Assembly (NCBI GenBank): GCA_044892525.1
Contig: CM097887.1
Location: 53,196,001 to 53,260,000 of the forward strand
DNA length: 64,000 bases
Direction: 5' to 3'
From: Schmidtea polychroa
Taxonomy: Eukaryota
Shown: one piece after another, positions 52,842 through 64,000 of the stretch
How positions within the stretch are numbered: position 1 is the first letter of the stretch
Layout of the letters: the number at the start of each line of letters is the position of its first letter
Notes under the pieces: generated by a model
The model's database searches: none
The model's input: only the letters and a program-made list of their open reading frames with translations
Told to the model about the DNA's origin: nothing
Made by a program: the position numbers and the translations under genes

Positions 52842-55800
52842 TTAAATATCATATTGCGCATAAGATGGATAGGAAATATTACTTTCTTCTTTTATTGTTT
52901 GTTGCAAAGGGGGATAAGTTATTGGGGAATAAGAATACCCAAAGCCGTTGCAAGAATTAGTAAATGTTCCATTCAAAGGAAAATGAGAATCTGGATATCC
53001 ATAGGAATTTCTATAATCCAATTGATTATAGCCAAGAACCCATTTATTAATGACTTGGTTAATATTAATGAAATATCCTAGGTTTATCATTTCTCCAAAT
53101 AACACCTCCTCAATAAGCGGTTGATTGAAGATCACAAAAGATGGAACATTTAGTAAAAGTTTGGAATGAATCAGAACATTTTCCTTTGTTAGATCAGTGA
53201 TTACCGAATCTAACAATGCCTGCTGGATGTTGCTGACTAGATGGGGTGCAGATAACCCATAAGTATCTAGAATATAGTTGATTATAATTAATAATTCATA
53301 ATAAATTCGCCTAAAACGATCGCATAAAAACTGGGGACAATCTTCCAAATTTACCTTTTCGTACCTTTCATTTTTAAACCCCTTTTAAGTATTTGATGTA
53401 TTTTTATAAAAATTTTGATTTTCAGGTTGATACTAATTTGAAAATTTTTATCAACAAAAATTTTAATCTGATTTTCATTGTACACTTTTGATCAAAGATA
53501 TTCAAAATGTCTCTTTTCTTGATGAAAATTGATCAATAAATTATATTTGTGACTAGATTAAAACTAATTTACTTATCGATTGTCAACTTGGAAAATGAAA
53601 GGATTTTACTCTAAAATGAAAAGTAAAAGTTATCTGAACTTAGCACTATGCAACTTTTCATTCATATAATTCGGTGATGCATTGGTGCTACATAAAATGT
53701 GCTATATATTTTTTGTGTTATATAAAAAGTGATATTAGTAGCACGAAACATAACAAAAAAAGGCAGCCGCTTATATCCAATGCTGGCACTAGATACAATA
53801 GAAATGATCATTTTAAATGATTTCTTTTTATAGTTTTATTCTTAACATTTTGAATATTGTCATGGGTTTCTTATATTAAATTTCATCACAGAATTTGGGA
53901 GTATTACCAGCTCTCCTTCAATAAATTATGCCAAAATTTTAAATCATTAAATTATTATTTTAACTGTTACGCTGCTGAAGTGGTTGAAGAGACATACTAC
54001 GCGTCAATTTATTGACTCTCCGCAGTCTAATTGTTAAATAGTTTGTGAATCATATTAATTCACCACTTTTGCTTTCAAGTAATACATAAACATACATACA
54101 TTCATTAATAGAATTTTCACTAATTTTTTCTGCCCTTTCTGGAATCCTATAATAAATTGGCAGGCGTAATTGCTAATGATTTTTAGTACACGTATGAGTT
54201 TGGATGTATCTAATAATATAGGTTTTGAGTATTTTTTATATTACAGACTTTTTTTATCAAATGCGAAGCTGTGTATAAATTGTTTTGTTAGTATAAAATC
54301 AGTAGGGATGTGAATGTAATGTAATAATTGTATACTAGTCGTTGTTCGTAATTATAATCATGAATAATGAAAATGTTACATTAAAAAATTATTTCAATAT
54401 TAATGAATTTAATTATGTAGTCTGAAATTTATTAAAAAGAGCTTGAAGACTATAAATCAGTAATATATCGATGTTTGTTGATATTCAGGAATTTTTGGCA
54501 CTGCCTTTTTCAAGTGAATTTTCAAGTGAAAAGGCAGTGCCGAAAATTCGTGAGTATCAACTAACATCGATATATTACTGATTTATAGTCTTCAAGCTCT
54601 CTTTTTAATAAATTCAATGGAAAAAATAATCAGTTGTGAAATTGGAAGAAAAAAAGTTCTTATAGTAGTCTGAAATGTTTTGTTAATTTTTATTTCATAT
54701 TTAGACAAAAAATTACATTATATTTTTGGTTCTGTTAAATATGTCCCTTGTTTTAGACACAAAATGAATCCGACGCTGTGATTAAATTTATAGTTTCATA
54801 AGCCGTTTTTAAACTTAGAAAATAATTAGAAAATCATGAAATTTATTAAAAATGAATACAAAAAATGGTATTATGGTCGACTATATATTAAAAAACTCTT
54901 AATATTTTCACTGTTTATTTAATAAATTAAAAAAAGTTTTTTTTGGAAATGATTTTGCAATAAAAAATCCATATAAATATATAATGAATACCGTATATTT
55001 CGGCGTATAAGGCGACCGTCAGATAAGACGAGGTACAAAATTAGAGCAAATTTTTATGATTTATCATATATCGGTTATATAAGACGACTGCTAAATAACG
55101 AAACCATGTTTGTTTAGCCTAGGCTAGAGATTGCAGCACCCGGTATCTTATGAAATATTGGTTATGTAAAGATGATTTTTTGACTTTAAGGGTCGTCTTA
55201 TACGCCGAAATATACGGTAATTAAAAATGTCAAAATTCCAAAAAATTGGATACAAAAAAGATAAACAAAAGGTGATGAATGAGTTTTGCCATCATACGAT
55301 ATCGAAGTTTTATATCGTCTGCGTTGCGGTGTATTAAATTGTCCATTAAAGGTGATGGGAAATAATCTGACCCTGTCCCTTCGTCGGTATATAGAACATA
55401 AGTAAAATTATGTGCCTTAACAAATAAATAACAAGGTCAACACTAGTTCAAACAATTACAACACCAAATTTTCGGTACCCCCTACAGTCGAAACGATTTT
55501 TAAATTTATTTATTATTTAGGGAGATTCCGAAATATTTTTATAAGTAAATTCAACTTTTGTAAACTAATCGGTGAAATATCATTTTTAGTCTGACTAACT
55601 CCAAATAAAAGCTGTGCAGAAAATTTGTTATTTTTAATAATTTATTGGCCTATTGTCTTTGGAAGATAAAGTATTAATTGATTTGATGTGTACAATATAC
55701 AAAAATACAATAATATAATGAATTGCTTATAATTATGATTAAAAATATTAATATACTAATAATATATTAATAAATATAAATATCCTTCTCTCTCCTCTCA

Positions 55801-57214
55801 TAGTATGAGATTTTTAATCATTTTTATTATTTATCTTAATATTTATTTTAAAATGGTAAAATATTTCCGTAATTATATTTGATAGCGTTATAATTGACAG
55901 GAGGTCATATTAATATACTCTTCATTTTTTTCAATATTGTAAAAGCTAAATATGGGTCTCCATTCATTTGGCATAGTTTTATTGCTCCATAAATTTTTTC
56001 ACATAAACATGGGGGGTTGTCATATAATAACTCTAATATTGCCTTTAGACGTCTACTGATAATTNNNNNNNNNNNNNNNNNNNNNNNNNNNNNNNNNNNN
56101 NNNNNNNNNNNNNNNNNNNNNNNNNNNNNNNNNNNNNNNNNNNNNNNNNNNNNNNNNNNNNNNNNNNNNNNNNNNNNNNNNNNNNNNNNNNNNNNATGAC
56201 TATTTCTCTGATTGTAATAAATAATAAAATAGAGTTATTACTATATGATTCTTCCCTAAACAGAATAGTCTAGTGGGAAATCTAAGTAAAGGGTCAAATT
56301 AAAAAAAATTTACTCAGCTGGGTCATACTTCAGGAGCTGAGAAATTTTAATTACATTTTGAATTATATTATAATGCAAATTATTGGTGTAAATAGTAAAG
56401 TTGATTTTAGAATTTATTTTTTATGGATATTAAATATAAATTTAAAAAATTACATAAATATACTAGGAGGGCCACGGGTACTACCCGTCGGGTAGCTCAT
56501 CACAGGTCTAGCTGCATTCAAAATAGGATATAAAAACAACAGATAAATTTCAGATAGTTTAGATAATCATTTATTACTTTATATAACTTGGTAATTTATG
56601 TTGTATTTACATTATTCGCTCACAGATCTTTATGGAATATTGTTCCTATTATGTTTTTCGGTGAATTATTTAAAAATCAATTAAATATAATTATAAATTA
56701 CTTTACTCATTTATCAATTTTATTCTAAAAAACATTCTAAGACTGAATTGATAAACTTATCAAATTGGCACATGCGCATTTAGAAATAGTATATTTTCAT
56801 TGGCTAATAAATAAATCAAAATATTTTTTTTTATTTTAATTGTCCTTTCAAAGGTAGTCCGGATATTATTCACAATTTTACTGACAAATTCAGAAATAAA
56901 ATTCTCACAAAAATCGAAAACATTATACCAATAAAAATAAATTAAATTACCTGGATTATAAAGAATAACATTGAAAAGCCAATTATATTGTTTAAAATTG
57001 GGTTTTAAATTTTGAATTTTTCTCAAGTGATTTTCAATGAAATTCAAATGGGGAACCGTGTGAATTAATCCATTATTATTGTAAGACATTTTCTCAGAGA
57101 TCCAAGAGTTAAATGGCAATTGAATTTGATTCTGTTAAAAAAAAGTAATTTAAATCTGTTAATCTTCAAAAGAAATGTTACAATAAAATTTTATTTGTGG
57201 AAAATTATTAGAAC

Positions 57215-57284
<70 letters not shown>

Positions 57285-60200
57285 TAGAATTTAAGTTAAT
57301 AAACATTATAATTAAAAATATTAGGATCAGGTAAAAAGTTCTTGAGCAAATTATGGTCTTTATATGAATATAAATTAAAAAACTAGATATCAGTGATTAA
57401 AACTACGCTTAGAAGTTATTTTCAATTTTCGTATCCATTTTCGTAGTCTGGATCTATAAAAGCCTATTTTTATTTTCGTAATTATTGTGGAACATTTAAC
57501 AGTCTTACCTAACATTTAGAGTGGAAATTTCCTATCTAATTATCAAAATTTCAAACCATGCATCGTAGAATGTTTCTAAGTGGTCCGGACACCCATTCCT
57601 TTCACTATTACTTCCTGACTCAAGTTCAAGTATTAAAAATTAAGCTTAATTTTATTCTTTGTCTGCTTTTCATTCGGTGGATCATGTGAAAGATAAAGTA
57701 TTGGAGCGTTTCTTCCTGACCCACCCATTTTACAAATCCGTCAACCCTAACTTTGGTAAGTGAAATCTGTTTAACAATATTAAAATGAAATTTGAATTAC
57801 ATTGTTTCTAATTTTTCAACTTTTAAATCTTTTTTTTATATGAAAAATTTTCTTCAACAGATTTAATAACTGAGATAAAAAATCATATCAAAAACATAAG
57901 AAAATAATTAGATATTTTTAACATAAGTTGTGAATTCATTTGTTTAAATATTCACTTGTTAAATTTATTAAAATTTCTTAATTTAAAATTAAGTATTACC
58001 TTATGAAAGTTTTTTCTGAATTATTTATAAATATTTTCAATTAAATTTTATTAAAATACATTAGAAACTTATGGAAAAATTAGTGAAACTAAATATTTGA
58101 AATAGTATTTTCAAAAACCTCAAAAATATTTTTCTCCTATTTTTGTTTGAGGAAGAATTTTTTAAATATTTTTATTCCTATTTTTAGAATGCACTTTAAA
58201 TATTATTTTTTTACCCATATAAGTCAACCAAATATAATTTTTCATGTATTTTTCAAATACGTTTTTTCGAGACGGCCTTTTCAAGTGATCTTTCATCAAA
58301 GTCACTTGAAAAGGTTGTGCCGAAAATTTGTGAATATCAAAAAAAACATCGATATCTTTACTGATTCATAGTAAGTTTTTTAATAAATACAATGTCGATT
58401 GAAAATAAATCAAAAGTAAAAATTGAAAAAAGTTCTTATAATATTACATGAAAACACAAATTTACTCTTGTCCGGCCAGTAATTCAAATTAATTGAAATA
58501 TTAGACAATTAAAAATAATATTTTTAATATCTTGACAAATAATAAAAAGTTAATAAATGAAGGATATTATCTCGCATTAACGAAGCACATTATTTATTAG
58601 AAATTGTCAAAATAATAACGTAGTTTTTATATTGAAATAGTTCATGTTTAAAATTAATTATAAATTCTGTAAAGATTAACAAATATTAGATAACGGATCT
58701 TTGAGAAAGATTTAATTATTCAAATAAATTTGAATTGAGTATAGGATAAATTCAGCAGAAAAGTACATAAAATCCATTTATATTCGTAATTTGTTTCAAT
58801 TTTGATTGGATAAAAATTCTTTAATTACTTTTTTTGACAATTTATCATTAATTTAGTATTTATTATTTATTAAAAGAAACAAAATGAAAAGAATTTTAGG
58901 AAGAATTCCGAATTTTTTTCCCATTAATAAGCAACCATAGCTTCGGAAATTTTCTTTGTAAAAGAAATTAAGTGAATGAAAAATCAAATCACTATCTACA
59001 ATTTGGTGATGTGCTTTAGTGTACAGCCAATTAAATTACGAACCGAAATTCTACTTTTTCCTCAATATTTCTGGATTAAAAGAACACTGTGACACATATT
59101 TAAAGAAAATGAAACAAAATAATTTATTTTTCTTTCCAACCACTCCTAGAAAAACCCACGAAATAAAGAATAAATAGATTTTTTGTTACAAAATTACGTA
59201 AAAATATATCATTCTTGCGTAAATTCTTACATTGAAATGAAATTTTGTTCGAGACAAACGAAATCCAATAATAATTTTAATGTTCCCAATTAAATGGTAT
59301 TATTGAGAGACCCTAACCTTGCACACTTTCATTGTTTTAATTAATTTCCTGGTGATAAAGACGTAATGATCATTCAACCTCCTCACCATCACTATAGACT
59401 GATAACAAATAAAACATTAGCTGGGTTGGTATTGACAAAAATGAGTCTGAACACGACTGATAGTAGCACGTGTTTAGTCCTTTGGTCAATCTATTTACTA
59501 TCATCCCCCTATGCAGGCACTGGCCATCTATGACTCAATTGCTGACCATCTGTGAGACTGACTGACCAACGAGTCCATCGATAGAAAAAACCTACTTCGT
59601 TCATTATACGGTCATTGTTTTTGTCAACAGCTCTGTATCAACAAAATCAAAACCTTTTAAAATAGTTCTGGTGACAATCTTGCTGTCAATGCAATTCCAA
59701 TAAATCCAATTGAGAATCAATTAAAAAATTCAATGAATAAAACAAATCAATTACCTGACAGGCAATTAAAACCAGGATAATGTGCCAATTGGATTTAATT
59801 AAAAGAAACTGATCGCTCATCGATAAGCCGCATTTTCTCAACCGGAAATCTTGCCCAATGCAATCGAGAGTTGACATGAGCAAACTCCATGACAATCCGT
59901 ATTGACTGATTTCCGGTGCCGACAGGTAATCCATTAATCGAGATTGGTTGTAATTCAATGAATTGATTGGCATAGTTTTGGAGATCGGGATCTCCAATTT
60001 GTCTGTTTTGCAGATTATTGATCCTGTCGTTGACAAGCATCTTCCAGTTTGTACAGCTGGGAAAAAATTGTCATTAATTATTAATTTAATTAAATTTTTA
60101 TTATTTAAATAAGTCCTGCAAATAAACCCTTATTTATCATATGAAAAATCCTCGAAACGAATCTTTATTAATAAAAGAACCTTAGAATGACTACCTAAAA

Positions 60201-61054
60201 TGATATAAAAGAACTAAGAAACATTTTTTTAAATAGTTTTTATTTTTTAGATTAATAATCATTACCTTCTATTAAAGGACAGTAATCAAAAAACATTTTC
60301 TGTTCACTCTAGGTAAAGTTTTATTTCCTCGTAGCAATAATAAAAAATCTTTGGAATGTTCTATGTTAATACAAACAAATATCGAATATAATTTATTTTA
60401 TATGCACACTAATGCATAATAATAATAAATATTATTATTAATAATAATTATAATTGCAATATTACGTCGACAACTGCTAAACAAAACGAAAAAAGGATTT
60501 TTAAAAATTAGTTATTTTTTTGATATCCTACACCCCGAATTACGCAACAACAGTGATTTGATGATGGGATTTTTTGTAATATTATTTAACATTGTTGCGG
60601 GTATGAGTCATCACAATAAAAAAGTCCCATTCAAGAAACATTAACCCAAAAATTAACTAGATAATAAAATTTTACCTTCTTTACGCATTCCGCAAGCAAA
60701 GCATTTTTGTAATCGACAGAACTGGCAATTGTTTCTTCTTTGAATATCGATAACACATTCTCCATTGGCATAACATTGATAATTGCTTTGGTTTCGAACA
60801 GATCTCTTGAAAAAACTTTTGCATCCTTCACAAGTATACTGACCGTAGTGTCTACCACTACTTTTGTCACCACAAACTTTGCAGTCGGGTTCAGATTTTC
60901 TTCTTAGCTTTTCGGAAATAATGTTGTCATTAGACGAATACGTATCACTTTGCATGTCTTGGGTGAACTGTGGTGAATTCTCTATCATGAAACACCGGTC
61001 GAGGGTCATTGAACTTTTAATTGAGCATACCGGATCATTGGTAGTTGTTATCAT
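52842..61054 (-). CDS. NR2F: COUP-TF/seven-up-like nuclear receptor (NR2F group), 4 exons, 428 aa
   Basis: Exons 61054-60676, 60056-59755, 57131-56951 and 53266-52842 are GT-AG with consistent phases (1287 nt). [33 protein letters not shown] carries the NR2F-type P-box, followed by EAVQTGR. LBD motifs: [38 protein letters not shown]. Confidence 0.88.
54426..54665. mobile_element. Fold-back palindromic MITE (most complete copy of the family)
   Basis: About 190 bp imperfect palindrome at 54426-54614, plus a right extension ending aaaagttcttata. Confidence 0.85.
54989..55219. mobile_element. Tc1/mariner-pogo type MITE with TA TSD
   Basis: TA-CCGTATATTTCGGCGTATAAGGCGACC ... GGTCGTCTTATACGCCGAAATATACGG-TA; 26 bp TIR with 1 mismatch. 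Confidence 0.9.
56065..56195. other. Assembly gap (131 N) in NR2F intron 3
   Basis: N run. Confidence 1.
57217..57279. repeat. (AT)n microsatellite
   Basis: Uninterrupted AT run of about 63 bp. Confidence 0.98.
58262..58445. repeat. Partial copy of the fold-back MITE family
   Basis: ccttttcaagtga...cacttgaaaagg...gccgaaaatt...catcgatat...actgatt.atag is homologous to 54500-54665. Confidence 0.75.
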
Positions 61055-62845
61055 TTAATTGTTTTTTAATTCAGAAAAAAGTGCTGTGAAATTTGTGCTT
61101 CCTTGATGTTATTGGAGAACATTTAGTGCATATGGAACCGGAACCAATGATATTTGAGTATCACTGTAACACGGTGTATGTGTGTGTATCACCGTGCTTG
61201 CAATTTCCTGATGTGATCTAATTGGAAATGTTGCTCAGTTTATTATTATGTAATAGCTCAAATTTTATGATTTATCACTTAATTTTAATTTTTTTTTAAA
61301 TCAATTATTTAATCAAAAATTTTAATAATAAATCACTGTATTTTCATAATAATTATTAATTGATTATTTTATAATTTTATTTTATTAGTTAAAAAATTAA
61401 CTTTATAAAATTATAAATTGCTTATAAAAACCTTTCAAATATTTCTGACAGGTTAAAAAACAAGAGATTCTTTGTTACAAGCAAACCTTCATCGTTTTGA
61501 ACCCCTAAATAGGAAAATCATTCCCATAATAAGAAATCAAAGGAAATATAAAAGTGACCTGAGGAAGGAAAAATATAACAATATGAAAACCTTTATTTGA
61601 AAAGTAAAAATAACAATCTGCTTGTAGGTGAGACTGACTATTTTTAAATTTGTGAAGTCCGGAATGAATTAAATTGTGAAAGCTTCAAGGCAAGCAATGA
61701 GGGGTTCAATTGTTTCAAAAAACGATTTTAAGTAAAGACATTTTTTAATCAGAGATAACAAAGGAGTTGAGTGAATCTTTCTCTCATATCACCATTCTAC
61801 CTTTAAAGCGATTTATAGAAATTTAAGGCGTAAATGATTCCTCGTTAATAAAACCTGTCTATTTTACAAATTACTATTTGGAGAAACATTTGCATTAAAA
61901 GGCTAAAAAATTTCAATGTGAACGTACTTGGCACAGGCGAGATACGAAACAAGATAATAATCAAATTGCTTCAAAGGTATAAGATTATTTCCAGCTGAAA
62001 GCTATTCAACAAAATGCATGGATGAATGGAACAATTTCTGAAAAATGTCTCCTTAAATTGGATGAAAAGTTTATGAAACAAAATCAAAAAGTTGTATTTC
62101 TGCAGCAATTTCCCTCAAAATCTCATTGCACTTATCCAACGAATTGATAATAATAAAAATTAGTTAATTACTGAAATGATCTAGCAAGTACATTGTGGAA
62201 GTGAATCGAAAAGAAAGAATTTGCGCTAAAAAAACTTGTATTGGCTTTATATAGGGTTGTCAGTTATTTACCACACGAAACCGGGACGTCTCGCAACCCT
62301 AATTTATAACGTTTTTGGTAAGATTCTTACTTCATTTTCAGATTCTCAGTTCATTCCATTTAACACAATAAATCAAATTTTCTTTAATTTTTCACTTGCA
62401 ATCTGTTTCCACTGGTTGTCCTCTAAAAGATATTGATCTTCAGATTATGGATACCGGCGTAACCTATGGGTACAGAGCGATTTTCTCCAAAAGTATAAGG
62501 CACATATCAAAGGCTTCTACATCATTATTTAAAACTTATAATGACGAACATTTTGAGATCAAAAACAAATTTTTATCATATTCATATTATCAATTTTTTA
62601 AAATAAGCCTTTTTCAAAGTGAAAAAATTCATGAAACATAAATTGTTTGATAGAACAACTATCGATCATATATGGGTAGAAAAACTTTATAGAAAGTTGA
62701 AGTAAAACCCACTTTTGAAAAATTTTGAATTTGAATAATTTAGAAATCTCTGAACCAAATTTGCAAACATCCACGGTATTTCATCTTTACAAGATGAAAA
62801 ATACAAAATTTAGCTTTTAGAACTTTTCTATAAAATTTTAGAATG

Positions 62846-62968
62846 TTCTAGAACAGCGGTCTTCAAACTGTGTTCCGCGGAACCCTAGGGTTCCATGAAA
62901 TCCCTCAAATTAGGCCATCACATAAGGGTTCCGCGAGCTTTTGAAGTTTGAAGACCACTGTTCTAGAA
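62846..62968. mobile_element. 107 bp hAT (Buster/Charlie-like) MITE with 8 bp TSD
   Basis: TSD TTCTAGAA at 62846-62853 and 62961-62968. TIRs are CAGCGGTCTTCAAACT and AGTTTGAAGACCACTG. Confidence 0.92.
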
Positions 62969-63112
62969 GAAAATATTTGATATAAATAGCCATCAATAAA
63001 TCATTTGTTATTAAAAATTTGATTAGTTAGCATCAATAAATAAAAGTTCTCTGAATTTGTACTAAGTGAAATTTGAGTCAGTGCCTTCTTTAATATTCTA
63101 TCAAAGTAATCC

Positions 63113-63696
63113 TTGTCAAACTACATTAATCCAGTTATTTTTTGTGCCAAAATGGAGGATTTCTTTACTTGGATTCGAAGATATATTATTGATTGGACAG
63201 ATGAGGATCTGGATCCGATAATTCATACATTTTCTGAACAACATCAAGTTGAACTGAACCCAATTGATATACTTGAACATTTTTTCGATGAAGAAATGGT
63301 GAACCACATCGTGCGGGAAAAAAATTTATATCAAAACCAGAACAAAATATGCATCAATCGTGAAAATATGAAAAACTGGGAAAAAATAACAAATGAGGAA
63401 TTGTATTATTTCTTTGCGCTGATATTTCTTACCGGAATGTTATCCAAAAGCAAAATGAAAGACTATTGGTCATTGGATCCATTACTTCTAACTCCAGTAT
63501 TCAATCGGCATATGTCAAGAAATCGATTTTATGATATTTTGAGATGCCTTCACTTCAGCAATAATCGTAAAAAGAGTACAAGAAAGTTGAGCATTATTTT
63601 TCTCAAATTTTTGAAACGGGTAAAATGATTATCATGAAGTAATCTTCCAAATAAATTTACTTTGGTTGAAAAAAAAATCGGGACTCAAAGGGTTAA
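63113..63696 (+). pseudogene. piggyBac (PGBD4-like) transposase fragment ending in a TIR and TTAA
   Basis: HFFDEEMVNHIV...EELYYFFALIFLTG...DYWS...MSRNRFYDILRCLHFSNN. Truncated before the DDD core; AAAGGG-TTAA at 63687-63696. Confidence 0.85.
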
Positions 63697-64000
63697 TTAA
63701 TTTTTAATGAACTTTTATCGTATGCTTTTGTAAAGCTGTTGAAGAAAACAGTGGAGATGTGGAAGGACTTTTATAATGAAGTCATATTTAAATTCTCAAA
63801 TGTTATAGAATGAATTAGTTTAACAATAATCAGTTTCTATTACTTTCTTCAAAGCACTGGTTGAGTGGGAAAAATTTTTTGAAACAATTTTGAAAATTCT
63901 TTACATATTCACCATCCAAGCAATTTTTAAATTTCACTTCGATACGTTTACTTACGTTAAGTTGATTTCAACCTTTTAATATGTCTTTAGTCAGTGGTGA

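Noticed and set aside
56760-56950. 3' part of the 119 aa ORF as an additional NR2F exon
   Set aside because: The donor at 56950 joins in phase to the 53266 exon (NP|D); acceptors in this stretch lead to immediate stops.
57300-57760. GC-richer patch in NR2F intron 2 as an extra exon or separate gene
   Set aside because: All frames examined contain stops, and the NR2F model is complete without it.

Overview
This is AT-rich animal genomic DNA with 40-46 bp minimal introns and two N gaps. It holds two spliced host genes: COQ6 (+, 9 exons, 5627-15469) and a COUP-TF/NR2F-type nuclear receptor (-, 4 exons, 61054-52842). Around them are many DNA-transposon relics (hAT, Tc1/IS630, Merlin, piggyBac, MITEs) and a minimal hammerhead ribozyme in a COQ6 intron. 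The dominant feature is a very young Ty3/Gypsy LTR retroelement present as a tandem LTR-internal-LTR-internal-LTR array with a 13,500 bp period (about 24833-52639). It has 807 bp TGTTG..CAACA LTRs, a tRNA-Trp PBS and a PPT. Its single 3384 aa ORF reads, in order: Gag with 4 CCHC knuckles, two ubiquitin-like domains, a Bcl-2-like domain, a signal/TM segment, a chuvirus-type (class III/gB-like) envelope glycoprotein, a PTAP motif, PR, RT, RNase H, IN, and a second type-I membrane glycoprotein ending in a PDZ-ligand motif (ETWV). A separate ORF2 encodes a REX4/ISG20-like DEDDh exonuclease. Env between gag and pol in one membrane-threaded polyprotein, plus this accessory set, is the candidate undescribed system. 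A diverged solo LTR of a related family with a TATA target-site duplication lies at 18841-19543. All domain calls come from reading motifs by eye, with no database searches. The tandem duplication could be an assembly artefact.
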